The position numbers were made by a program, and so were the translations under genes. The notes beneath the pieces were generated by a model. That model searched no databases. It was not told where the DNA came from and worked only from the letters and a program-made list of their open reading frames with translations. From Candidatus Colivicinus equi (lineage in GTDB: Bacteria > Bacillota_I > Bacilli_A > Erysipelotrichales > Erysipelotrichaceae): 64,000 bases of DNA. Below, in pieces: positions 41,492-51,866 of the stretch. The stretch lies in NCBI GenBank assembly GCA_018064825.1, contig JAGHUL010000041.1, positions 465 to 64,464 of the forward strand, read 5' to 3'. Positions within the stretch are counted from its first letter, which is position 1, and every line of letters starts with the position of its first letter.

Positions 41492-44400
41492 ATGCTACAA
41501 GTTAAAAATATTAAAAAAACGTATACCACAGGTAACTTAACACAAGTTGCCTTAAACAACGTTTCATTAAACCTAAGAGATAATGAATTCGTTGCAATAT
41601 TAGGACCTTCAGGTTCAGGAAAAACAACATTATTGAATATTATTGGCGGATTAGATAGATATGATTCTGGTGATTTATTAATAAACGGAATTTCAACCCA
41701 AAACTATAAAGACCGTGATTGGGATGCGTATCGAAATCATACCATTGGTTTTGTTTTTCAATCATATAATTTAATCCCTCACCAAAATGTTTTATCAAAT
41801 GTTGAGCTAGCTTTAACTATCTCTGGTATTGGCAAAAAAGAAAGAAAGCAAAGAGCTATGAAAGCTCTAGAAGAAGTTGGATTAGCTGATCAAGCGCACA
41901 AGAAACCAAATCAAATGTCTGGTGGTCAAATGCAAAGAGTAGCTATTGCTAGAGCGCTAGTCAACAATCCTGATATTCTATTAGCTGATGAACCAACAGG
42001 TGCTTTAGATACTAAAACATCCGTTCAAGTTATGGAACTTTTAAAAGAAGTCGCTAAAGATAGATTAGTAGTTATGGTAACTCACAACCCAGAATTAGCT
42101 AATGAATACGCAAATAGAATAATAAATCTAAGAGATGGAGTAATTACTGGCGATTCAAATCCTTACGAAGTAAGCCAAGAGTTGGATGTCGAACAAAAGA
42201 AATTTAAACGTGCATCAATGGGCATCTTCACTGCTTTGTCATTGAGTTTCAATAACTTACTTACTAAAAAAGGAAGAACTATTTTAACTGCTTTTGCAGG
42301 ATCAATCGGTATTATCGGTATCGCGCTAATTCTGTCTTTATCAACAGGTTTCCAAAACTACATCGACAAGATACAAGAGGATACCCTATCAAGTTATCCA
42401 TTAACTATTACGTCAGAAACAGCTGATGCGACAAGCGCTATTTTATCTATGGTAACTGATAGAAAAGAAAACCAAGTTGAAGGCGAAAACTTAATCGAAA
42501 GACAATATTTATCAACGATGTTTTCAGCAATCGGAACAAACGATTTAAAAACATTTAAAAAGTATATCGAAGACAACATGGATGAGATTAAAGATGATGT
42601 TCAACAAATAAGATACACTTATTCTATTTCGCCATGGATATACACATATGACGCTACCGATGAACTAGTGAGATTAAATCCAAGTACCGTCTTGTCTTCA
42701 ATGTATTCGTCAAATTCAATTTCATTGATGTCTTCTTTCTCATCAACATCAGGAATCTTCTCTGAGATAAATGATGATTTAGATTCAATCAAAGAACAAT
42801 ACGATGTTTTAAAAGGAAGATGGCCAGAGAACTATGACGAAATAATTATTGTCCTTTCAGAGCCTAATTCAATTTCTGATTTGTTGACATATTCTCTAGG
42901 TTTAAAAGATACTGCCGAATTAAAGACCATCATCGCAGACGTTATGGCCGGTGAAGAAACATCGGTTGAACACGACCCACTTAGACTTACATACGATGAT
43001 TTACTAAATTTAGATTTAAGATTAATCAAAGCTACAGATACATACAAATACAATGATAAATACGATATTTACGAAGACATGAGCGATGACAGTTCATATA
43101 TGGATGATATCTATAACAAATCACTAAAACTAAAAGTTGTTGGTGTAGTCTGTCAAAAAGAAGGTGGCAATCCAGGTTCAATGTCAGCTGGTGTATGTTA
43201 CACTAGAGCACTTACTGAATATATTATTGATGAAGCTAAGAATACTGATATCGTTAAAAAACAATTAGCCAACAAAGATGTCGATGTTTTCTCAGGCAAA
43301 CGTTTTGATGAAGAAAACAAAGAAGAAGAGGAAGGGCTTAATTTTGAGGATATGATTTCTGTTGATGAAGATTTAATCAAAGAAGCATTCCAATTCAATA
43401 TTGATGAAGATTCATTCAATTTTGAGACAATGTCTGAAAACGATATGAAGAAAGTCATTACTAATACAACAAACAATATTTTAAATAGTATTAATGATGC
43501 ACAAGTTACAACCGAGACAAAGCAATCAATTTCAATGATATACATGTCACTTCTTCAAGGCTTTACTAATGCATATGATCAAGCAAATATCACCCCTATT
43601 CCTGAACAAGAAGGAAGCTACATTTTAAATATTGCCGAAGAAAACGTTAATGCGTTTGCCTCAACAATTACTCCTGAAACATGTAAAAAATCAATCAACA
43701 ATTTTAATTCAGATTTGACACCAATGTTATCAGCAGAAAGCTATGATAAAATGGCTGATGATTTAAAGGCTGCATTCATTGCCTATTACAAAGCGATTGA
43801 ACCATACGCAAATAATGACGTGGTTGCATATACATCTCAAGAAATTAAATATATGGATCAAAAGATTGCAACGTCAGTATACATAAATATTGCTGATCCA
43901 TCCCAAATGATTACAGGAATGCAATTGTTGTCAACATCTACATATCCTGAAATTGATTATGTATGTTTAGATCTAATAAAGTCTTCAGCTATTGCGGCAG
44001 GTATCGGCACAGCAACTGGACAAATAATGGCTCCTCTTGCAGATTCGCTATCTGGTCTAGGTGATATGTTTGGTGAAGATATGATGAAGGTTGATACTGA
44101 GAAATTTGCTCAAGCATTTAAGTTTGATATGGATCAAGATGAACTATCAAGAATCATGACAACTATGATGACAAGAACTCAAGAAAAAACATATTCAAAC
44201 AATGTCATCGGCTTAGGTTATCAGAATATAGATGATCCTTCTAGTATGTCTTTCTACTTTAAAGATTTCACATCTAAGGAAAACTTTATGGCTTTCTTAG
44301 ATAGATATAACGATAATAATGATGAAGACCATCAACTAAGATATACCGACATTACTGGTCTATTAATGTCAAGCGTTAAAAAAATCGTTGATAGCGTATC

Positions 44401-44800
44401 TTATGTCTTGATTGCCTTTGTATCAATTTCCCTAGTCGTATCATCAATAATGATTGCTGTAATCACTTTAATTTCCGTAATGGAACGTACAAAAGAAATT
44501 GGTATTTTAAGAGCTATGGGTGCAAGTAAGAGAAATGTTTCTTCAATATTCAATGCTGAAACATTTATTATAGGTTTATTGTCTGGAGCTATTGGTGTCG
44601 GTGTAACTTTATTAGCAATCCCACCAATCAATTCGTTAATTCATAATTTAACCGACAATTACAACATCAATGCTGTATTGCCTACCGATGCAGCAATCGT
44701 GCTTGTATTAATATCAGTCTTCTTAACTATTTTTGCAGGTATCATTCCTTCAAAGAAAGCAAGTAGACAAGATCCAGTTGTTGCATTACGTAGTGAATAG
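41492..44800 (+). CDS. MacB/FtsX-type ABC transporter, fused ATPase-permease with very large extracytoplasmic domain
   Basis: The N-terminal NBD has GPSGSGKTT, SGGQMQR and LLADEPTGALD. A TM lies around residue 260, followed by a ~650-aa hydrophilic region. The C-terminal FtsX helices carry ERTKEIGILRAMGA. Confidence 0.85.
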   Translation: MLQVKNIKKTYTTGNLTQVALNNVSLNLRDNEFVAILGPSGSGKTTLLNIIGGLDRYDSGDLLINGISTQNYKDRDWDAYRNHTIGFVFQSYNLIPHQNVLSNVELALTISGIGKKERKQRAMKALEEVGLADQAHKKPNQMSGGQMQRVAIARALVNNPDILLADEPTGALDTKTSVQVMELLKEVAKDRLVVMVTHNPELANEYANRIINLRDGVITGDSNPYEVSQELDVEQKKFKRASMGIFTALSLSFNNLLTKKGRTILTAFAGSIGIIGIALILSLSTGFQNYIDKIQEDTLSSYPLTITSETADATSAILSMVTDRKENQVEGENLIERQYLSTMFSAIGTNDLKTFKKYIEDNMDEIKDDVQQIRYTYSISPWIYTYDATDELVRLNPSTVLSSMYSSNSISLMSSFSSTSGIFSEINDDLDSIKEQYDVLKGRWPENYDEIIIVLSEPNSISDLLTYSLGLKDTAELKTIIADVMAGEETSVEHDPLRLTYDDLLNLDLRLIKATDTYKYNDKYDIYEDMSDDSSYMDDIYNKSLKLKVVGVVCQKEGGNPGSMSAGVCYTRALTEYIIDEAKNTDIVKKQLANKDVDVFSGKRFDEENKEEEEGLNFEDMISVDEDLIKEAFQFNIDEDSFNFETMSENDMKKVITNTTNNILNSINDAQVTTETKQSISMIYMSLLQGFTNAYDQANITPIPEQEGSYILNIAEENVNAFASTITPETCKKSINNFNSDLTPMLSAESYDKMADDLKAAFIAYYKAIEPYANNDVVAYTSQEIKYMDQKIATSVYINIADPSQMITGMQLLSTSTYPEIDYVCLDLIKSSAIAAGIGTATGQIMAPLADSLSGLGDMFGEDMMKVDTEKFAQAFKFDMDQDELSRIMTTMMTRTQEKTYSNNVIGLGYQNIDDPSSMSFYFKDFTSKENFMAFLDRYNDNNDEDHQLRYTDITGLLMSSVKKIVDSVSYVLIAFVSISLVVSSIMIAVITLISVMERTKEIGILRAMGASKRNVSSIFNAETFIIGLLSGAIGVGVTLLAIPPINSLIHNLTDNYNINAVLPTDAAIVLVLISVFLTIFAGIIPSKKASRQDPVVALRSE

Positions 44801-44801
44801 A

Positions 44802-46067
44802 ATGATTGAATCACAAGTTAAAACATATACTTATCCAAACGGAGAAATTCAAAGAATCCAAATTGTTAAAGCAGACAGTTGGGATTCTTTTGCTTTTGTA
44901 GAACCAAAATTTGATGAAAAATCTTTGGAAAATATCGCATACATATACAAAGAATTTTTGGTCAAAAAGATGCCTATAATCTTTGGCAAGCTAAATATAT
45001 TTCATATACCAGAAGATGTAGCACTCCCTTTTTCGGTAAAAGGAATCAAAGATAAAAACATCGCTGCTAAAATATATCTTTCAAAACATTATCATTCAAA
45101 GAAAGCTAAAGAATTTATTGATACATTAAAGAAACACAAATGCTTTTATATTGTTAAAGGAAAATTACCAATAAACGTTATTATGCCATACTCTAATATT
45201 GGCTTGTTAAGTGATAAAACTATCTTAGGCAAAGTCAAAATGAATACATCATTCTTTTCCTTTGATGTAATCGATGCTGATTCTAAATACGACATATATG
45301 GAACGCCTATTGGCTTAAGGGTGAAGGATGGCAAAATTTTATATCCACCGCAATTTGATAGAGAAGCACTAATAATAGATAACAATAATAATGTATCAAT
45401 TAAGCCTATTGGATTAAAAGATATCAAGATAAGTATTTCTGGCACAATATATGAAAGGCCATGTAAATATGCGCCAAAAAACGATGGATATAATGTAGTA
45501 ATTATTGGAAACAAAGTTGTAGATATACGCAAAGGAAAAAGAACCAAAACTCCTTCAACTGGCTATATCATAAATACTTCAATAGATAATATTAAAGTTG
45601 GTGACACAGTTACATATGAAGGACTAGAAAATGTTAAATTTGCTATTCAAGTAGGCAACAGCGTAATAGTAGATAATATAAAAACGACATGCTTTAAATC
45701 AAAGTTTTACGATGTCTACAAATTAAGAAACACGCCATTCCCTCCAAGTATGTATCCTCTTGATTTTGAGCACGCTAGAGCCCCAAGAATGGCTCTAGGA
45801 GCAGATAAAGATAATAAACCAGTTATAGTTTTCTTTGAAGGCTCAAGCAAAAATGAATATCAAATTGGAATTGATAGTTGTGGTGCATCACTATCAGAAA
45901 TGGCTGACATATTAAGTGAACTAAAAATAAAAAACGCCATCAATTTAGATGGTGGCGGATCAGCACAAATACTAATAGATAACAAACGAGAATTAAAAGT
46001 ATCAAACAGAGATATAAACAATAATGAACTAGAAAGACCTATACCTTTAGGAATAAGTATCAATTAA
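44802..46067 (+). CDS. Phosphodiester glycosidase (NAGPA/DUF2233) family protein
   Basis: C-terminal NAINLDGGGSAQ motif. The start was taken at ATG 44802 (MIESQ...), 1 nt after the upstream stop, rather than the overlapping 44733 ATG. Confidence 0.6.
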   Translation: MIESQVKTYTYPNGEIQRIQIVKADSWDSFAFVEPKFDEKSLENIAYIYKEFLVKKMPIIFGKLNIFHIPEDVALPFSVKGIKDKNIAAKIYLSKHYHSKKAKEFIDTLKKHKCFYIVKGKLPINVIMPYSNIGLLSDKTILGKVKMNTSFFSFDVIDADSKYDIYGTPIGLRVKDGKILYPPQFDREALIIDNNNNVSIKPIGLKDIKISISGTIYERPCKYAPKNDGYNVVIIGNKVVDIRKGKRTKTPSTGYIINTSIDNIKVGDTVTYEGLENVKFAIQVGNSVIVDNIKTTCFKSKFYDVYKLRNTPFPPSMYPLDFEHARAPRMALGADKDNKPVIVFFEGSSKNEYQIGIDSCGASLSEMADILSELKIKNAINLDGGGSAQILIDNKRELKVSNRDINNNELERPIPLGISIN

Positions 46068-46804
46068 CCTAAAACAATGTTTCTAAACTCTTGAATATCC
46101 TCATCAGTAAATCCTACATAATCATAGAAGAAATTATCAAGGGAACCAAATCTCTCCTTTATTGCATCCATTGTTAGATTCAAATATTCTTCCCTAACAA
46201 CAAAATAATCATATACTTTAATAGCCATTTCTTTATTAAATGAAAAAGCAAAAACAATAGCTCCATATCTTCTAGCAATGCCTATATAGTATGGGTATTG
46301 TTTTAAATAATCTTCCATAATCGTTTCATAAGGAATATCTAATAGTGTCAACAACAAAGCAGTCAAAACACCAGCTCTATCTTTCCCTGTCGCACAATGC
46401 ACAACAGTAGGATACTCGTGATTTAAAACTACTTCTCTAAGTGACTCTTTTACTTTATTGATACTAAAATCATCTTTTGCCATTCCAATATATGTCTCTT
46501 GCATAGTTGGCATCTCTTTTAGACGTCTTAGCTTTTCTTTCATATTGTTATGAATCGCACCATTAAAATCCGTCTCAACATAAGGAAAGTTCAAATATCG
46601 ACAACCTAGTATTTCGACATCCTTGTCTTGATTAGCTTCATCAGCAGTACGTAAATCAATTATTCTTTTTAATTTAATATCATTAAGATACTTTATCTGT
46701 TTTTTACTAGGTCTATCTAATTGAGCTGAGCGAAGTAAAATGTTTGGCTTAATCACTCTGCCATCTTTTGTTTTTAGACCTGCTAAATCTCTAATATAAC
46801 CCAT
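46064..46804 (-). CDS. Protein-tyrosine phosphatase family protein
   Basis: Active-site loop HCATGKDRAG (CX5R). Confidence 0.75.
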   Translation of the reverse strand: MGYIRDLAGLKTKDGRVIKPNILLRSAQLDRPSKKQIKYLNDIKLKRIIDLRTADEANQDKDVEILGCRYLNFPYVETDFNGAIHNNMKEKLRRLKEMPTMQETYIGMAKDDFSINKVKESLREVVLNHEYPTVVHCATGKDRAGVLTALLLTLLDIPYETIMEDYLKQYPYYIGIARRYGAIVFAFSFNKEMAIKVYDYFVVREEYLNLTMDAIKERFGSLDNFFYDYVGFTDEDIQEFRNIVLG

Positions 46805-46825
46805 GGATAGATTATAACAAAAAAA

Positions 46826-46845
46826 GGCAGTTACTCATAACTGCC
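46826..46845 (-). terminator. Rho-independent terminator of the amino-acid ABC operon
   Basis: On the minus strand it reads GGCAGTTA-tgag-TAACTGCC followed by TTTTTTT. Confidence 0.6.
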
Positions 46846-46846
46846 A

Positions 46847-47593
46847 TCACATAACTTTTGATAAGAAATCAATAGTTCTTTGTTTACTTGGATGATTGAA
46901 TATTTGATCAGGAGTTCCCTCTTCAACAATCTTTCCTTCATCCATAAAAATAACTCTATTGCTCACTTCTTTTGCAAATCCCATTTCGTGAGTGACTACA
47001 ACCATTGTCATTCCCGACTTAGATAAGTCCTTCATAACATCAAGTACTTCTTTAACCATCTCTGGATCAAGTGCACTAGTTGGTTCATCAAACAGCATTA
47101 TTCTAGGATTCATAGCTAAAGCTCTAACAATAGCTACTCTCTGTTTTTGGCCACCCGACAATTGATTAGGATAGACATCTGCTTTTGATTCTAAGCCAAC
47201 TTTTTTTAATAATTCGATAGCGTTGGCCTCAGCTTTTTTTGGATCCATATGTAGAACTTCGATTGGCGCTAAAGTAATATTTTCTTTTACGGTCTTGTGT
47301 GGAAATAAATTAAATTGTTGGAAAACACAACCTAGTGTTTTACGCATTTCTTCCAATTGCTTTTCGTTGTGATAGTCAATTATTTTATCATCAATGTATA
47401 TTTGACCTTCATCTGGTATCTCCAAAGCATTGATACATCTAAGAAGAGTTGATTTACCTGATCCCGAAGGGCCAATCAAACAAATAACTTCTTTATCTTG
47501 AACTTCAAAGCTAACATCGTTCAAAGCTTTTGTGATTATCTTAGAATCATTACGAGATTTAAATTGTTTTTTGATATTACAAAGTTTAATCAT
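46847..47593 (-). CDS. Polar amino-acid ABC transporter ATP-binding protein
   Basis: [20 protein letters not shown] and [11 protein letters not shown] motifs. The 248-aa length is GlnQ/ArtP-like. Confidence 0.9.
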   Translation of the reverse strand: MIKLCNIKKQFKSRNDSKIITKALNDVSFEVQDKEVICLIGPSGSGKSTLLRCINALEIPDEGQIYIDDKIIDYHNEKQLEEMRKTLGCVFQQFNLFPHKTVKENITLAPIEVLHMDPKKAEANAIELLKKVGLESKADVYPNQLSGGQKQRVAIVRALAMNPRIMLFDEPTSALDPEMVKEVLDVMKDLSKSGMTMVVVTHEMGFAKEVSNRVIFMDEGKIVEEGTPDQIFNHPSKQRTIDFLSKVM

Positions 47594-48266
47594 TTTCGTT
47601 CAATTTCCTTTCTATTTTTCTAGAAATAAAAGAAACAACTGAAGTCATCAGCAAATATATTAAACCAGCCATACACAAAGGAATAATATAACTATAATAC
47701 TTTGCACCAATTGTCTTTGCGCCCATCAACAATTCAACTGCACCAAAACTAGACAACAAAGATGAATCCTTAATTAAAGTAATAAACTCAGAAACCATTG
47801 GTGGAATGATACGCTTAAATGCTTGAGGAAGAATTATTAAAGTCATAGTCTTTCTTCTAGATAAACCTAAAGATAAAGCAGCTTCCCATTGTCCTTTATC
47901 GATCGATTCAATGCCACTTCTAATTAATTCAGCAGAATAAGCCGATGAGTTAAAAGACATACCAATAATTCCCGTAATAAGTACTTGCGTAGAAAAAGCC
48001 ATATCACCATAACCAGGAATTAGTTGTGGTAAGCCAAAATAGAAAAGCATCAATTGAAGAAGCATTGGCGTTCCTCTAATAATATCAATATATATAGTTG
48101 CGAATTTTCTTAGAAAACTATTCCGTGATATTTTGCACGCTGCTAATAAAGTACCAAACACGGTTCCAAAAAAGACAGAACATACAGCCAATATCAAAGA
48201 AATCTTTGCGCAACCAAACAAATATTTAAAATACTCAAATGTAAATATTTCTGTAAACTTATTCAA
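47586..48266 (-). CDS. Polar amino-acid ABC transporter permease
   Basis: His/Glu/Gln/Arg-type permease with EAA loop ([22 protein letters not shown]). Confidence 0.9.
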   Translation of the reverse strand: MNKFTEIFTFEYFKYLFGCAKISLILAVCSVFFGTVFGTLLAACKISRNSFLRKFATIYIDIIRGTPMLLQLMLFYFGLPQLIPGYGDMAFSTQVLITGIIGMSFNSSAYSAELIRSGIESIDKGQWEAALSLGLSRRKTMTLIILPQAFKRIIPPMVSEFITLIKDSSLLSSFGAVELLMGAKTIGAKYYSYIIPLCMAGLIYLLMTSVVSFISRKIERKLNEND

Positions 48267-48267
48267 A

Positions 48268-49038
48268 TTAGATACCCCATTTAATTCTTAATTCTTCATA
48301 TTCAGCAGAATTAAGGAATTGTTCAATACATTCGTTCAATTTATCAGCTAATAGATTATTGCCATTTTTAACGATGATAGACATTTCTTCAGTTGATAAT
48401 AATTCATCTAAAACCATCATCCCATTAGCATCAGCATAGTTTTTAACAACACCATAATCTGTAACAAAAGCATCTATAGTTGAGCCAACTGAAGCAAAAC
48501 CAACCATACAGTCTACAAATGATACAACTTCTTTAGTTCCTTCAATCGCTTCGGCTGCTTCATAACCAGTCGTACCAGTTTGTCCACCAACAGTTTTGCC
48601 TTTTAATTCTTCAATAGAGTTGATTCCAGAATCCTTAGTGACTAAAATTGCTTGACCAGATTCAACATATGGTTTTGTGAAAATAACATCTCTATCTGGA
48701 TCATAAGTGAAACCACTTAGGCCAATATCTACTTGACCAGTTTGGACTGCAGTGACAATATTATCAAACTCAATTTGGGCAAATTCGATTTCCACATCTT
48801 CATCCAAATATTTAATTAATTCATTAATAACATCCGGATCAAATCCTTCAATCTTGCCATCTGTCGTCAATGACTCGAAAGGAGGAAAATCAGGCGAAAT
48901 GCCAATAACAATTTTTCCTTTTGTTTTTAGTTGTTCGCTCCAAACAGTTGCTTCACTTGCTTTATCGCTTCCACAACCAACTAGCGAAAAAAGCATAAGC
49001 AATGAAACTAATAAAATAATAATCTTTTTCATAATCAA
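48268..49038 (-). CDS. Polar amino-acid ABC transporter substrate-binding lipoprotein
   Basis: Lipobox LVGCG and family-3 SBP-like sequence. Confidence 0.9.
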   Translation of the reverse strand: MIMKKIIILLVSLLMLFSLVGCGSDKASEATVWSEQLKTKGKIVIGISPDFPPFESLTTDGKIEGFDPDVINELIKYLDEDVEIEFAQIEFDNIVTAVQTGQVDIGLSGFTYDPDRDVIFTKPYVESGQAILVTKDSGINSIEELKGKTVGGQTGTTGYEAAEAIEGTKEVVSFVDCMVGFASVGSTIDAFVTDYGVVKNYADANGMMVLDELLSTEEMSIIVKNGNNLLADKLNECIEQFLNSAEYEELRIKWGI

Positions 49039-49061
49039 TACCTTTCTTGGAGACTACAAAT

Positions 49062-49286
49062 AAAAAAGCGTCTCCATTAAATACGGAGACGCTGTTATTA
49101 GCGCGGTACCACTCCGATTGTCAACAAATGTTGACCACCTCGATCTTTAACGCCGATTAGCGACCTTCACTATTTATTCATGAAGGTATCTCACAAGTGC
49201 GTTTCGCTAGTATCAATTAATTAGGCTTTCACTCTACCCTAACTCGCTAATAATCCAAACTAGTTACTCTCTTGGTCTAAGATTAT
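49062..49286 (-). promoter_or_regulatory. T-box riboswitch leader (probable Arg specifier CGC) with terminator/antiterminator
   Basis: The minus strand carries AGAGAG (GA motif), a distal AGAGTGAAAGC loop and a specifier-loop-like GCGAAA-CGC-AC. It also has the T-box AATCGGAGTGGTACCGCG, then the terminator AGCGTCTCC-gtatttaat-GGAGACGCT plus TTTTTT, 24 nt before the start codon. Confidence 0.75.
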
Positions 49287-49292
49287 GAGATT

Positions 49293-49321
49293 ATGATAGA
49301 CCATAAAAAAATATTAATCAA
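49293..49321 (-). promoter_or_regulatory. Sigma-A-type promoter for the T-box leader
   Basis: TTGATT, a 17-nt spacer, then TATCAT on the minus strand, directly upstream of the leader. Confidence 0.45.
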
Positions 49322-49344
49322 GTTATAAGGTAAAATATAGGTAT

Positions 49345-50442
49345 ATGGTAAATGTTAAAAGCGAAATATCAACACTAAAAAAGGTTATGTTACACATTCC
49401 TAATAAGGAATTAGAAATACTAACTAAAGATAATATGAACGAATTATTATTCGATGAGTTACTAGATGTTCCACAAGCAAAAATTGAATATAACAATTTT
49501 ATTAATATTCTAAAAGATAACGATGTCGAAGTGGTTTTTATTGAAGACTTAATGATTGAAACACTAAAACATAACAAAGATATTAAAAACGATTTTATTA
49601 ATGACATCATAAATGAAAGCGATGAAGAAGTGATTGCCTATCTAAAAGGATTGAGTGAAGAAGAACTGGTCGAATTAAGTATCAAAGGACTTACAAAAAA
49701 TGAACGTTTTATTATAAACCCGCTGCCAAACTTATATTTCCAACGTGATCCACAAATGATTATTGGTAACGGCATTTGCATCAATCATATGTCAACTTCT
49801 GTAAGAAAAAACGAATCTATTCTCACAAAATATATCTTTAAATATCATCCTGATTATAAAAATACTAAGATTTTTTATGAACCCGAAAATGGCTTCAATA
49901 TCGAAGGAGGAGATATCCTAAATTTATCAAGTAAAGTTATATTGATTGGAATCTCAGAACGTACAAGCATCGAAGGAATAAAGTCTTTAGCAAATCATCT
50001 ATTTAATGAATCAGAAATTGAAACAATCATCGCTATAGAAATACCTAAAAAACGTGCCTCAATGCATCTAGATACCATCATAACGCAAGTTGATTACGAC
50101 AAATTTGTCATATATACTCATGACTTTGAAAATTCACAAACTCACATCATCACAAAAGATAACGAGCAATTATCTAATCGTCCATTAAAAGATACATTGA
50201 TAAAATATCTTAATCTTAATAGCATAACCTTCATCAGCTGCGAAGACGAAATTGAGCAATGGAATGATGCCGTAAACACATTAGCCCTAAAACCCGGAAA
50301 AGTAATAGCTTATAAAATAAACGAAAAGACAAATAAATTGTTGAGACAAAACGGAATTGAAGTTATTGAACTAGAAGCAAAACAATTAGGAATGGGAAGA
50401 GGTGGCATTCATTGTATGTCACAACCATTAATAAGAGAATAA
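49345..50442 (+). CDS. arcA: Arginine deiminase
   Basis: N-terminal L(K)KV(M)LH.P..EL pattern, NLYFQRDP and a C-terminal GGIHCMSQPL (catalytic Cys). It is somewhat short at 365 aa. Confidence 0.8.
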   Translation: MVNVKSEISTLKKVMLHIPNKELEILTKDNMNELLFDELLDVPQAKIEYNNFINILKDNDVEVVFIEDLMIETLKHNKDIKNDFINDIINESDEEVIAYLKGLSEEELVELSIKGLTKNERFIINPLPNLYFQRDPQMIIGNGICINHMSTSVRKNESILTKYIFKYHPDYKNTKIFYEPENGFNIEGGDILNLSSKVILIGISERTSIEGIKSLANHLFNESEIETIIAIEIPKKRASMHLDTIITQVDYDKFVIYTHDFENSQTHIITKDNEQLSNRPLKDTLIKYLNLNSITFISCEDEIEQWNDAVNTLALKPGKVIAYKINEKTNKLLRQNGIEVIELEAKQLGMGRGGIHCMSQPLIRE

Positions 50443-50474
50443 GACTATAATAGAATGTGAAAAAGGAGAAAAAC

Positions 50475-51200
50475 ATGAACACAGAATTTACTTATATGAA
50501 CGAGATTTCTAAAATTCTCGATCAAGTCTACGAGGTTAACAAAGAGAATATCAAGATTGTTGCAGAAAAAATGGCTGAAACAATTATGAAAGATGACCTA
50601 GTACACATCTTCGGTACAGGACATTCTAGTCTACTATCAACTGAAATGTATTCTAGAGCAGGCGGTTTAGCAAATGTTAACCCTATTCTAGATGCTAATG
50701 CTCTAATGGATTTTGGTGGCGAAAGAAGCTGCGTAATGGAAAGAACTACTGGTATCTCTCCAGCGCTATATGACTTATATGAAATTAAACCAGAAGATAT
50801 GGTTATTGTAATTTCTAATTCAGGAAGAAATGCTATGCCTATAGAAATGGCACAAAAAGCAAAAGAAAAAGGAAACTACGTTGTTGTATTAACTTCATAC
50901 GAAGTTTCAAAGAAAGCTGTATCAAGACATTCAAGCGGTAAGAAATTATATGAATTCGCAGATATCGTTTTAGATAACTGTGCAAAATATGGTGATGCCT
51001 GTTTAAATATTGGTGGATATGATACTGGTGCTATTTCAACTATTACCGGTGCATTCATTCTACACACAATTGAAACAGAAGCTACTAAGATAATGGTAGA
51101 CAAAGGATTCAAACCTTACATCTTCCAATCACAAAATATTGAAGGCTACGACAATAGTACAATTATTACTAAATATAAAACAAGAATTAAACATCTATAG
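50475..51200 (+). CDS. SIS (sugar isomerase) domain protein, UPF0309-like
   Basis: HIFGTGHS and VISNSGRN motifs. The start was moved to ATG 50475, which follows AAGGAG, rather than GTG 50457. Confidence 0.7.
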   Translation: MNTEFTYMNEISKILDQVYEVNKENIKIVAEKMAETIMKDDLVHIFGTGHSSLLSTEMYSRAGGLANVNPILDANALMDFGGERSCVMERTTGISPALYDLYEIKPEDMVIVISNSGRNAMPIEMAQKAKEKGNYVVVLTSYEVSKKAVSRHSSGKKLYEFADIVLDNCAKYGDACLNIGGYDTGAISTITGAFILHTIETEATKIMVDKGFKPYIFQSQNIEGYDNSTIITKYKTRIKHL

Positions 51201-51249
51201 AAACTAGATATACATTTAATATCATTTATTAAAATGGCTAAGCATGTGC

Positions 51250-51852
51250 TTAGTCATTTTTTTGTTCCCTGATTGCCTTGTATAAATCAAGTCTGGATTC
51301 GACACAAACAATTGAAGCGACAGCGAATACAAACAAGAATGGCGAAACAACAGTAGACAATAAATCATAGATATTTGTTTCGCTTAAAGAAATATTTTTA
51401 ATTGTACCAACAAACGTAAATACGGAAGCTGTAGCTTGTAGCAACAAAGTAATTTGATTTACTTTTATCGCAAGCGGCCTGCTAGAATGAGTAGAGTTTA
51501 ATACTAAATGATTAACTATAAGAATTATATCCAAGACAACGTATACATAGCCATAAAATGCATCCATAGAATATGAAAGATAGAAAACCAAACTACTTAT
51601 GTCGCTCATTAGTAAAACACCAAACAACATGCCAATAACAGCTTTCATAATATTTTTATTATGTTTCAAATAAGAAATATATATTATGACAGTAAAGATT
51701 GCTATTAATAAATGCGTGCTAATCCAAGATAAATGCATAAGTAAATCGGCACCAGACATTACCAAGCTGAATAAATCGATAACAGTACACAACACTGTAA
51801 TGAATACGGTGATAAAGAAGAACTTATCATTAGTAAATAACTTTTTTAACAT
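51250..51852 (-). CDS. Hypothetical polytopic membrane protein
   Basis: 200 aa with about 6 hydrophobic segments and no recognised motif. Confidence 0.4.
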   Translation of the reverse strand: MLKKLFTNDKFFFITVFITVLCTVIDLFSLVMSGADLLMHLSWISTHLLIAIFTVIIYISYLKHNKNIMKAVIGMLFGVLLMSDISSLVFYLSYSMDAFYGYVYVVLDIILIVNHLVLNSTHSSRPLAIKVNQITLLLQATASVFTFVGTIKNISLSETNIYDLLSTVVSPFLFVFAVASIVCVESRLDLYKAIREQKND

Positions 51853-51866
51853 AAATAACCTCTAAA

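Noticed and set aside
44733-44801. Upstream ATG start for the phosphodiester glycosidase ORF
   Set aside because: It would overlap the last 68 nt of the ABC gene. The ATG at 44802, directly after the stop, is more parsimonious.
49323-49610. 95-aa minus-strand ORF overlapping the arcA start
   Set aside because: It is a low-complexity translation antisense to arcA. The intergenic part is already explained by the T-box promoter.
50457-50474. GTG start for the SIS-domain ORF
   Set aside because: An AAGGAG sequence lies inside this stretch at ideal distance from ATG 50475, so the shorter form was preferred.
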